Shown piece after piece: positions 13,702 through 26,329 of a DNA stretch of 64,000 nt. The DNA lies in assembly GCF_006345805.1 (NCBI RefSeq), contig NC_043009.1:18414001-18478000 (forward strand), given 5' to 3'. The DNA is from Octopus sinensis (lineage: Eukaryota). How positions within the stretch are numbered: the stretch's first letter is position 1; every line of letters starts with the position of its first letter. The position numbers and the translations under genes were made by a program. The notes under the pieces are model-generated. The model was not told the origin of the DNA, did not search any database, and saw only the letters and a list, made by a program, of their open reading frames with translations.

Positions 13702-14029
13702 GTCTCTGTCTGTCTGTCTCTCTCTCTCTCACACACACACACACATACATGCACACATTTGTGAGTCAGTCGGTTGTTTCTATCTGAGATTTACTGGAGA
13801 AGTGCAGTACATTGAAGTGGATATGGAAACTGAGGGAAAGGGTAGGGCATGAAAGAGAGAGCGAGGGATTGCATATATGAGAATTATATGTAAATATCTG
13901 TGTCTGTATATGCGCACATACATCTGCATACATATTATTTACAGATATGCAGAGACAGTGAGAGGAGAAAAAAACTAAAGAAAGAAAGAATATAAGTGGC
14001 CGACTGACACACCCAAAAAATGATGAAGT

Positions 14030-14063
<34 letters not shown>

Positions 14064-14100
14064 ACTTCATCATATATATATGTGCAGAGGGAGAGGGCGG

Positions 14101-14160
<60 letters not shown>

Positions 14161-14596
14161 AAAACAGTTATATGAAGGTATACAAGAAGGCACACTTTTC
14201 ACATTGCACAGTGTTAAGAAGTAACGACGGAAGGAAAAACAGAGACTCAATTAAGTTACTGGTTGTCCTGTGTCTAATTTTAATCTATTTGACCTGATTA
14301 TTCATTATGACACTGTGTACCCATGTTCTTCAAACGAGGGTTTTTTTCCCATCTTTTTACTATTTAATACTTGACCCAGTCCACCTTCTGGGCATGAGTT
14401 TGTATTGTGGCAGCATTTCCATCCTATTCCTACAATCACACATTTTCACTTTGATCCTAATGCGCCTTCATTGATATTTTGAGATAATATTTTTTAGTAT
14501 TTTATCCATTACCTGTTTCTGTATAATATTAAGGATTTTTCATATCGCGGTATTTGAAATACATGTCTGTATATATAAGCATACACATATGTATTC

Positions 14597-14637
<41 letters not shown>

Positions 14638-14808
14638 CATACACATATGTATATGTGTGTATGTTTATATATATATATAAACATACACACATATACATAT
14701 ATGTATGCTTATATATATATATAAATCCTTAAAATCCTTTAAAATGTTTTAGCCCAAAGGCCGCGGCCATGCTGGGGCACCAGCGCTGTTTATATATATA
14801 TATAATAT

Positions 14809-14840
<32 letters not shown>

Positions 14841-14861
14841 GATATACACACACATAATATA

Positions 14862-14899
<38 letters not shown>

Positions 14900-15274
14900 C
14901 GCATGTGTGTATGTGTGTGTGCGTGTATGTGTGTGTGTGTGAGTGAATTGACAGAGTATTTAGAGGGTCTAATAGAATAATTTATTTTATTTCTTTCAGT
15001 TCTTTGCTTACTCCAAATCCAAGGATTTTTTAAAATCCCTTCAAATTTCACCCCTAAAATCTTTTACTAATTCTCTATAATCCAGGGGCATCAGACAAGT
15101 CGGTAAAGATCAGCAATTTAATTTTTCTCTTTTTGTCCTTATTCACCAAGATGTCCCTTCCCCTGACCAAATACTGGGACATCTTACGAATTCCTTCTGT
15201 ATAAAGCCGGAAAAGAATTCATAACTACTAATTATTTATTTTCCATTTAAATACTTAATAATTACCACCCAAGT

Positions 15275-15334
<60 letters not shown>

Positions 15335-15379
15335 GCACACATACATATTTTTACATTTCAAAATGTAACCACATGTAAA

Positions 15380-15560
15380 CCGTGGGTTTTTTCCTCCGTC
15401 TTCCTTTTCTATTGAACTTACTTCTGTTTTTGAAGAGGAGCTTTGCTCGAAACGTTAAACCACCTTTCCTTCCTTTCCTGAACGTCCGCTAATACTTTAC
15501 ATGTACCACGTTCTCGCGTTGTTGATTTTCTTTGTGTTTGTTCTTCGTTTTATTGGGGGG
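15380..15560 (+). mobile_element. Short Penelope-LTR-like element with a minimal hammerhead motif
   Basis: gttt-TTGAAGA-g-GAGC ttt GCTC-GAAA-CGTT-aaac at 15426-15460. It shares a downstream ttcctga.cg...ctaatac motif with the 17901-18093 element. Confidence 0.5.
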
Positions 15561-15754
15561 GGGGCTTTACTATCTTATATATATGCATACATATGTTTAT
15601 ATCAGATGCATACATATATATATACATATACACATATGTTTATATCGTATGCATATATACATACATGCATATATATATATATTTATATATATGTATACAT
15701 ATACACATGTTTATATCGTATGCATACATACATATATATGTATGTGTGTATATG

Positions 15755-15798
<44 letters not shown>

Positions 15799-15801
<3 letters not shown>

Positions 15802-16466
15802 TTGCGGCCAAAATGTTCAGAACGGCATTGTTTTCGTCAGAAAAGTAGATATAATTTTGTTATCAAAGTTGTTTTATATTTTATAATTTTCACAGACAAT
15901 AAATACGATATTATTTGTTATTGCCTGAGATTTTGGTGTAATTTAAGATGATAATACAAAAGTTATGGATTTAGTGATTGGCCAGCTCAAAGCCCAGATC
16001 TCAATCCTATTGAAAATGTATGGAATATTCTAGGAGAAGGTTCGAAAGCCAGAAATCCTAAAATAACTGAGAGATTATGGAATGCCCTTCAGGAAGAATG
16101 GAATAAGATCACCCAGCAAGAAATTGAAAATTTAATTTCCTCATGCAGTCGAAGATGTCAGAGTGTGATTGAAGCTAAAGGGCTTCACACTAACTATTAA
16201 ATAATTCCAGTATTCTCTGTCATTTTTGATTATCTTGTTATTTTTTCAACCGTTCTGATCATTTTGGCCGCCATAGGTTTTGCAGTAAATCACTAAATCA
16301 TCCATAACTTTTGTATTATCCTCTCAAATTACACCAAAATCTCAGACAATAATAATTAATATTGTATTTATTGTCTGTGAAAATTATAGAATATAAAACA
16401 ACTTTGATAAAAACTTATACCTACTTTTCTGACGAAAACATGCCGTTCTGAACATTTTGGCCGCAA

Positions 16467-16469
<3 letters not shown>
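15799..16469 (+). mobile_element. Internally deleted Tc1-like DNA transposon (IR/DR type)
   Basis: Terminal inverted repeat (TIR) cagttgcggccaaaatgttcagaacggca at both ends, extending about 180 bp, with a TA TSD. The internal remnant encodes DWPAQSPDLNPIENVWNIL...CSRRCQSVIEAKGLHTNY*. Confidence 0.93.
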
Positions 16470-17860
<1,391 letters not shown>

Positions 17861-17900
17861 AAGGTATACCTCCTTCTCGTGTGTGACCCTTCTGTCCGAG

Positions 17901-18092
17901 TCAGACGCCATGACAGATCGTTCACCACTACACACATTTTTTCTCTCCTTGTTTTTTCTGTGTCCCTTTCTGTAGAAGAGCGTAGGCTCGAAACGTAAAA
18001 GACTTTTTCTATTCCTGAGCGTTATACTAATACATCTGTTTGTTTTGTATACCACCTGTCTTCGTGTTTTGTTTTTTTTTCGTAAATTCTCC

Positions 18093-18093
<1 letters not shown>
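17901..18093 (+). mobile_element. Short interspersed element with a hammerhead-like motif (copy A)
   Basis: Homologous to the reverse complement of 18362-18555. Contains cttt-CTGTAGA-a-GAGC gtag GCTC-GAAA-CGTA-aaag. Confidence 0.7.
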
Positions 18094-18137
<44 letters not shown>

Positions 18138-18204
18138 TATATACACACATATATATATATATATATATAATATATATATATATATTATATATATATATAT
18201 ATAC

Positions 18205-18252
<48 letters not shown>

Positions 18253-18290
18253 GTATATATATATATATATATATGTGTGTATATATATGT

Positions 18291-18342
<52 letters not shown>

Positions 18343-18361
18343 ATATATATATATGTGTGTA

Positions 18362-18555
18362 TAAAGGGAAAGTTTACGAAAATAAACAAAAGACGAAAAC
18401 AGGTGGTGTACAAACAAACAAATGTATTAGTATAGCACTCAGGAATAGAAAAAGTCCTTTACGTTTCGAGCCTACGCTCTTCTACAGAGGGGTACATAGA
18501 AAAACAAGGAGAGAAAAAATGTGTGTATTAGCTAACGATCTCTCATGGCGTCAGA
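18362..18555 (-). mobile_element. Short interspersed element with a hammerhead-like motif (copy B)
   Basis: Diverged inverted copy of 17901-18093 with the same CTGTAGAAGAGCGTAGGCTCGAAACGTA core. Confidence 0.7.
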
Positions 18556-18639
18556 TATATATATATAATATATATATATATAATATATATATATATATCT
18601 ACACGCATATGTTTATATAAGACACACATACATACTTTA

Positions 18640-20610
18640 TATGTACATAAATAAATGGAGTTAAACGCAGACATCATTTGTATCATTCCAAAGGAATAAA
18701 TTGGTGTGAAACAATGTAATGTTCTCTTCAGGGGAATGAAGAAATAAAACTCGTCAATAAGACATTTTAACAGAATATGATGGATATGTATAGTGATGAA
18801 CTGAATGCTATTAAGTTGTTTTTTTAAAAATAAAAACGTTAGAGGATATAACGTCAAAGGTACCCTATAGAAAGAGGAGGGATAAAGGAAAAAACCAAAT
18901 CAGAAACCAAATAAATGAGAAATATAGAATGATATGTGAACTAAATAAAAGCCTAAATCTTGGAAAAAGATATATCTAGTGGAAGTGAAATGTAAGAAGA
19001 AAATCAATGTTTAAATTATATATAATGGCACATGTCACTTATATGAACTAAAGGTATGTTTCTGCCCATGTTTACATCGAAAAGCATGCTCTATAACCGT
19101 GCTTACAAGGGCATTTTTAGAAAAAGAATAAAAAATAGTTCACAATTACAGAGATGACAAAAGTCCTTGCCTTTGTCATAAGGGAACGAAATGGAGAGAA
19201 TCAACCAATCTAAATTAAATTGTTTATTATGGTCTTTTAGATACCAAATTTATTTACTAAGCTCTGTACTGTTACGTTTATTACTATCCCTTAATGTAGA
19301 GTAATGATTAGAAATTCTTTTAGATAACTGAGAAGAAGAACTATCTATATAAAAAAGACATCGGTACCTGAAGTAATTTTACACTGGTATACAGAGTTTT
19401 TAATCTTAGAATTACTAGGCATAAACTTCATTTTGTTGGAATTGACTTCAGAGACAATAACCTTGCTATTAATATTTCTAGGGGGATGGATGGTATTAGC
19501 TAAATTAATGTTAGGATTAGTAATTGGATTCTTGTTTAACAGACTAATATTATGTGAGGAGATAATTTGTGAGAGATTTTTTGTGTTGGAGAAACCAATC
19601 CTAGTCGTTTGCGAGTAATACCTAGAATTCTTTGGAAATTCCTAATAATAGCTTCCCGAAACTGGAAAGGAAGATTAGATTTAATTTGGAATAATCAACC
19701 AAATAGTTTTGCTATTAGTTGCCTTATTTTTAGGGTAACTATCTTTGAAAGACATTGATTTATCTTTAGAATGAAAAAAAACGGGTTTAAATTAGGGTTA
19801 TCTCCCTTCCTCTGTTTGGTGTTGGCGTATAAATTAACATTGATATCGTTTATATTCTTACAACTAGATTTCGTGTCTCCAACAGTAAAGGTAGAATAAC
19901 ATTGAATGGAATTAATGTAGGTAACTTTCTCTGTATAACCTGCTTTAAGTAAGGCAGAGTTATAAAATTCGGCCTTATCATTGAAAATGTCAACATTAGC
20001 AGATAACTTAGACGATCTAAATGAAATAAATATTCTTAACTAAGTTCCTAGTAATTGTCCTAGAATGATTACTGAATTTGCTAATATACTTAAGATTGGT
20101 CGATTACGAATTATTGTGTAAGTTAAGTGTAATATCTAAAAAGTTGGCTTTCGTTACATCATCATCAAAAACAAAGCCTACGATCATTCTACGGAAAAGA
20201 CCTCCATTGATGCTAGGGAACTGGTCTGCCATTTCATAAAGTGTATATATAAAGAGCAAATCAGCTACTTGAGCTGAATCAGAACTTCTCATCGTAACAT
20301 CAAAACCATCGGGTATGTGTTGATAGATATTCTGGCACAACATTAATTTCTTCCCTGGTGAGACCAGCTTTGTTATGAGCAAGCCAAAGTGCCTTATTAA
20401 GTATTATTGGGTTGATGAAGGAATAAAAACTAGAAATGTCAAACTGGATAATCTTAGTGCTGCTCTTATTAGTAATAGAACTAAACCAGTAGACGACTTG
20501 GAATGAATTGGACCATAAAGTAAGCTTTCATTTTTAATACCAATGGTGTCTTCGAAACATGTGTCGGAAGAATTTGAATAACACCTGCGTTTAACTCCAT
20601 TTATTTATAT
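18640..20610 (-). mobile_element. Decayed Penelope-like retroelement (RT + GIY-YIG)
   Basis: RT motif FDVTMRSSDSAQVADL...GLFRR...ANFLDITLNL (20104-20382). GIY-YIG-like SKRISNHYSTLRDSNKRNSTELSK*IWYLK...WLIL...FCHLCNCE at about 19130-19340. Confidence 0.8.
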
Positions 20611-20850
20611 ATATTATATAAAATCTTTCACATAAACCCGGAGTTACTACCTTTAAAAACAATGTGTTACACCCTTTTTACGTGTGTGATTTTTTGCTAC
20701 CCAGGTAACTTTATCTAATTTTTCCGTGTTAATTGTAAACAAGGGGAAAATACACACATCTATTTATACATTACACACACACACACAACACACACACACA
20801 CACACACACACATATATGTATTTATTTATTTATTTATATATATATGTATA

Positions 20851-21330
20851 TAGAGTCATCTCATAAATAATGTGTTTTTTATATATTTCTTTTATTTTTC
20901 AAAATTAAGATAAACAAATTTTTTAAAAATCTAAAATATACTCTCCTTCATTTTCTACAATGCTCTTCCATCTATATGGTACACTTACAAGGCTCCTCTT
21001 CCAAAATTCACTTGTCCGTAACGAAAAATACTCCTCCAGTACTGTTCTGACCTCATCTGTAGAATTCACATTTTTCCCGTCCAAATAATTTGGAAGACTG
21101 CATGACAATCAGATGGGACAATGTCCGCGAATATGGTAGGTGGGGTATTGTTTCTCATTGAAACTGCTCCAGCCTTTCGAATGTCATCCTTGTTGTATGT
21201 GGCCGAGCATTATCCCGATGGAAGAACACCTTTCGTCTTGAAAGCAAACATGGTTTATTTTGTCAGTGCAAAGTGTTTTTTTAAATGGTGCAATAAGTTG
21301 ATGAATCTGTTTGATCTACTTTGACCAAGT
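20851..21330 (-). mobile_element. Mariner transposase 3' remnant with right TIR
   Basis: DNARPHT motif followed by LPNYLDGKNVNSTDEVRTVLEEYFS...WKSIVENEGEYILD. A TIR-like tagagtcatctcataaataatg abuts TA at 20851. Confidence 0.85.
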
Positions 21331-21859
21331 CAAATCCATTTTTGTTCGACTTCTGTTTAACAAACAATTCATAAATTTCTTTGACAACTAAATCATTAAG
21401 TTCTTTACCTAATGAACTACACGCATCTTCACTTTTCTCTTTCTCTTTTTCCCATGCATTCATCTGCACCGCACACATACCTCTCACTACCCTCAGACCT
21501 ACAAACATATACTTAACACAGCTTCCGATAATACATGCATATTTCCCTTTGCCTACCGCTCATATGTACATTTACACCTTTCATTTCCACTCGCGCATGT
21601 AACCACTGCTATACCTCTACCAGTTTGTTCTCTTCATACACATGCGCACACACCAGCATGCTGACAGACATAAATACATATACACACATAGTTTGTATAT
21701 TATATAATTGACCAAGTATTGACCTATATCGAATAAACATTTCCATCCCGTTTATTCTTGTTGTTTTATTCTTTTCCTTCTCTTAATCTTTAAATCAACT
21801 GACTACTGAACAATATACCTAATACGATTCGTGATCTTTTACCGTTTTTTAGTACATTC

Positions 21860-22310
21860 AAGAAAATAATATTCCGTCATTTGGTTAACAAAACCATGGC
21901 CTAGACACCGCAGGCCTCCCTTCCCAGCTCGAGCCAGTGAGGCCAGACTAGGTGGGGGTTGGAGCGGTAAAAGGCCTGGCGGTATGACAATTTTCCCGTT
22001 CCGTAGCGGTAGGCCCTTCATTTGGAATGCCACATGCGGCAACTTGGTACGTTCAGCCACCAGCCCAGGCTCTGCTGATCGTCAGGCTGAGAAGAGCAAA
22101 CTAACAAGGTATCGGTCGCCCTCTGACAGGTTTATGGTCGAGCCTGTAGCAGTGGAGACCTCCAGTATTCTCGGCCCCCGGACCATATTCCTGCTCACCG
22201 TTATCGGGGAGGAGATGGCTATTCGCAAGTGCAAGCGCCGTAAGTCAGAGTAGCTGTCCCAGCGCATCTCCTTCACCATCCCCCGTTTCCAATTTACCAT
22301 TTTGTCTGCT
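21860..22310 (+). mobile_element. CRE-like non-LTR retrotransposon C-terminal restriction-like endonuclease fragment
   Basis: KRPGGMTIFPFRSGRPFIWNATC...QAEKSKLTRY...FMVEPVAVETSSILG...LSQRISFTI parallels the KRPDGLT..PW..G..LVWDAT..D / F.PFAVET.G / LLQRIS..IQRGN pattern of CRE-type elements. GC-richer than its flanks. Confidence 0.6.
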
Positions 22311-22561
22311 GGTAATATAAGGTAGTCTGAATTACAGGGAATTGAACGTTCCACTCCTTAATGTAAAATTACTAAATTGCTCTTTAACAAACTTCAATAT
22401 TTTTAATGTACTTCTTTCCTTTATAAAAGCGCGAGCAGACGAAGCTCTTTCACTGATTGAACTTCATCAGTCAACTTCATCTTCACCATAAATTTGACTC
22501 TTTAAACTATTCAGTAAAAGTTCCGTTGTTGTTCTTAAACTTGCTCTAAGATAATAAGATT

Positions 22562-22640
<79 letters not shown>

Positions 22641-22789
22641 ACACACACACGTAAGTATACGTTTATCAATTAATTTTGCAAGATTCCTGATGTGAAATCG
22701 TGTGTTGAAACATGTATTGTTGTATTTCGGGACGGTCATTTTATTTATTATTATTTTTTTTTGCCAAATAAACTATATATATTTTTTTT

Positions 22790-23041
22790 CTTCACTCGTT
22801 TATTAGTGTTATATAATTATTTTAACGCATGTCCATTGTCCGGAAATCTTTCGTCGCACATCTGTGACCTCTTCGGCGACACTTTTTGTTTCCGTGTGTG
22901 TTCTTGCTCCACTTATTCCAGGAGCAAGAACACACACGGAAACGAAAAGTGTCGTTGAAGGGGTCACAGATGTGTGACGAAAGATTTCCGGACAATGGAC
23001 AGGCGTTAAAATAATAAAATAACAGTAATAAACGAGTGAAG
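22790..23041. mobile_element. Foldback MITE (two arms of about 121 bp, 10-nt spacer)
   Basis: cttcactcgtttatta...ttcttgctcc [acttattcca] ggagcaagaa...taataaacgagtgaag; near-complete self-complementarity. Confidence 0.8.
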
Positions 23042-23049
23042 TATACATA

Positions 23050-23245
23050 TAAGTATACTCTTTTACTGTTTTACTTGTTTCAGTCATTTGACTGTGGCCA
23101 TGCTGGAGCACCGCATTTAGTCGAACAAATCAACCCCAGGACTTATTCTTAGTAAGCCTAGTACTGAACCGCTAAGTGACGGGGACGCAAACACACCAGC
23201 ATCGGTTGTTAAGCGATGTTGGGGGACAAACACAGACACACAAAC

Positions 23246-23307
<62 letters not shown>

Positions 23308-23470
23308 GTGTATATGTATACGGCGGGCTTCTTTCAGTTTCCGTCTACCAAATCCATTCACAAGGCTTTGGTCGACCCGAGGCTACACTTTCCCAAGGTG
23401 CCACGCAGTGGGACTGACCCCGGAACCATGTGGTTCGTAAGCAAGCTACTTACCACACACCCACTCCTGC
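23050..23470 (-). mobile_element. tRNA-derived SINE family B with an internal (CA/TA)n
   Basis: Reverse complement of the family seen at 42757 (ggagtggctgtgtggtaagtagcttgc...gggttcagtcccactgc...ggatttggtagacggaaactgaaagaagcccgtcg). Confidence 0.85.
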
Positions 23471-23664
23471 GTCAATGTATATATTGTACGTGTGTTTATT
23501 TGGCAAAAAAATATGAATAAAATATGAATAATAAAATATGAATAAAATGACCATCCCGAAATATGTGACTGCGTGTGTATCATTGGCGATTTTCTTTCTC
23601 CGTCTTTCCTTCTTTGGACTTTTTCCATGTTGTTGTTTTTTCTTGCTTGTTCTTGTTTGGATTG

Positions 23665-23710
<46 letters not shown>

Positions 23711-24044
23711 ATATATATCGGTAGCCAAGATAAAACTCAGAGTTTTATCTTGGCTACCGAATAATTGTCACATATTATTTTACAGATAAATTTCTTCTAT
23801 TTACATAATATTGAGGTCTCGTTCTTTCTTTTGTTATCTTACCGTTTTTGCCTATATATATATATATATATATATATATAACTTAAATGCATGATGGGCA
23901 TCGGCATTGCGATTAAAAGAAAACTTTAGGCGACCATGAAATATTGGCTTTTGGTTTATGCACAAGGATATGAGGGTACATTGCAATGAGGTGGAGCGAG
24001 TGGCATTTTATAACATTCATGCTCTGATGTTAGACGTTGATCTC

Positions 24045-24222
24045 AAATTTTGGCACAAGGCCAGAAATTTCGGGGATCGGGTAAGTCAACTGTAACGACC
24101 CCAGCACTCAACAGGTACTCATTTTATCGAACCCGAAGGACGAAAGGCAAAGTCGACCTCGGCGGAATTTGAACGCAGAACGTGAATACGGATGATTCAG
24201 CCTGCTAACGATTCTGCCAGCC
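24045..24222 (-). mobile_element. SINE family A
   Basis: gcacaaggcc...aaaggcaaagtcgacctcggcggaatttgaac body. Confidence 0.8.
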
Positions 24223-26056
24223 TTTCTTGAAATGAAGCAATTGCTTCGGGAATTTCCTTCAAAAGACTCTCTAATCGATTCAGCATCATTGCTCAGGTGT
24301 CAGTGGTAAGGTGTACAAACTCAATAGCAAATCACACGCTTTATAGTATAGAGACTGGATAATGAAATTGTATTTCATTTCTTTTCTGAGGAGTGTACAG
24401 GAGAACAAGAATCCGTTAAAAATAATCCTTAATTCAATGGTGACTCCAGCTTATTTCAGTATCCTTTGTATGTATTCGGAATATCCACTGACCATTTAAA
24501 GAAAAATCAATACGTAACAGAATTGTAGAAACGGTTTTGGAATATCAGTAAAGCCTTAGTGCAACTAAAGACCTACTTTCTCTCTTTCCCCGCACCCCCC
24601 TCTCTCTCACACACACATACACACACACACACAAATAATTAGAAAAATAAGTTACTAATATTGAATAGTTGTTTGTAGATTTTAGTTCTCTTTTTTCTTT
24701 TTCTTTGGGTCTCAAGCGCATAAAGATTTTGTCTTGCACCTAAACAGCCCAGAATTTATCCCAGTTTCCGTAGAAGGAGGTAAGTGGTGAGGAGAAATAG
24801 TTTCCCTTTTTCTTTTTTTTCTTTCTTTTTTTTGGCGGGGGCTGCTTTCTATTAGTATATTTCGACATCTAAGCCAGTCGGTACAGTTTGGGCTGAGTGG
24901 GACGTGAGATAGTGGGGTAGAATAGTAACTAAATTGATACAGCTACTCAGCACCCGCTACCCTCATTGCAACCTCTTAACTGTCTATAAATACACATGTG
25001 CACCAAATGCACTTGAATACGCGTGTAAAGAAAGAGAAAAAGAGTGAGTGAGAGAGAGAAAGTGAAAGAGAGAATGATGAGGAGAAGAAAGTGATAGAGA
25101 GAGAGAGACAAAGAAAGGGAGAGAGAGAGAGGGGTTCTTGTGTAAATACTTTCCCTATTTCATTTTACCCTAACGTGTTAAGCTTTTAGAGATTTAAGTA
25201 AACCATTATAATAATGTTACGTATGGTATTTAGTAGTTGTTGCTGAGATAGAGAGATGATAAAGATAATTTCTTCTTCTCCATCTACCTAAACTCTCTCA
25301 CCCTGAATATATATATATATATATATATATATCACCCTGAATATATATACGATTATCGGAGGTATATACATGCATTTGTAAACACCCGACTCCACATTTA
25401 TGTTTATATCAGCATAAGAATATTGTCGTTTATATTGTACGGTTCCCAAAGAGTCAATTGCTTTATTCCATAATACTTATGTTTTACGATTTTTAGATGC
25501 TTTTAATTCGCTATCCATTATTCTTTTCCTGATATAAGTCCATTTTGATATTTTCTACCAGAATAGACCGGTTTCATCAGCCGTAGATATTTGCTTTCAA
25601 AAACAGAAACCTATTATTTTAGCTAATTTTGACAGATTCTTATAGTTTACTCTGAAGGCTTTTGCGATTAAAAGAAAACTTTGGGCGACCATGAAATATT
25701 GGCTTTTGGTTTATGCACAAGGATATGAGGGTACATTGCAATGAGGTGGAGCGAGTGGCATTTTATAACATTTATGCTCTGATATAAATATAATATATAA
25801 ATATAAGGTAAAAGCCTGATCAGCTTTCTCCATGCAAGTAAAAAGCTTTGATTTTAAAATTAGTAAGTCATGGAAATCCATGTTGTAAGAGATTAGGTGC
25901 TTGATTTTTTAATGTTGGTTTGATTAAAAATTCTTACTGCTCTTTGTCGCAAAACTAATTCCAGGCAATCCATTTGGGATTTTATTTTCTGTCACTTCTG
26001 TCAAAAGTAATAAATTCCTTTTTCACTATTGTCTCTATAATATTACTACGTAGGTT

Positions 26057-26253
26057 AAGAAGGTGGGCTAGCAGAATTGTTGCAGCGCCAGACAAAATGC
26101 GTAGCGGCATTTCGTCCGTCTTTACGTTCTGAGTACGATTTAGCCTTTCATCCTTTTGCGGTCGATAAAATAAGTACCATTTGAGTGCTGGGGTCAATGT
26201 AATCGACTTTCCCCCTCCCCGATCTTGCTGGCTTTGTACCAAAATTTAAAACC
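26057..26253 (+). mobile_element. SINE family A with an 18-bp target-site duplication
   Basis: The TSD aatattactacgtaggtt lies at 26039-26056 and 26254-26271, flanking the SINE body. Confidence 0.88.
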
Positions 26254-26329
26254 AATATTACTACGTAGGTTTATGATTACAATGACTCGGCTCTGTTCCT
26301 TTGGTTTATTTTAATTATTCTAACAATAG

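Noticed and set aside
22430-22480. Minus-strand CTGATGA...GAAA hammerhead-like match
   Set aside because: Helix II and III do not pair, and the core itself pairs with downstream ATCAG; likely chance.
25540-25590. Minus-strand CTGATGA-A-ACCGG/CTGGT-A-GAAA
   Set aside because: Helix II is plausible, but there is no helix III or helix I partner for CTACGG.
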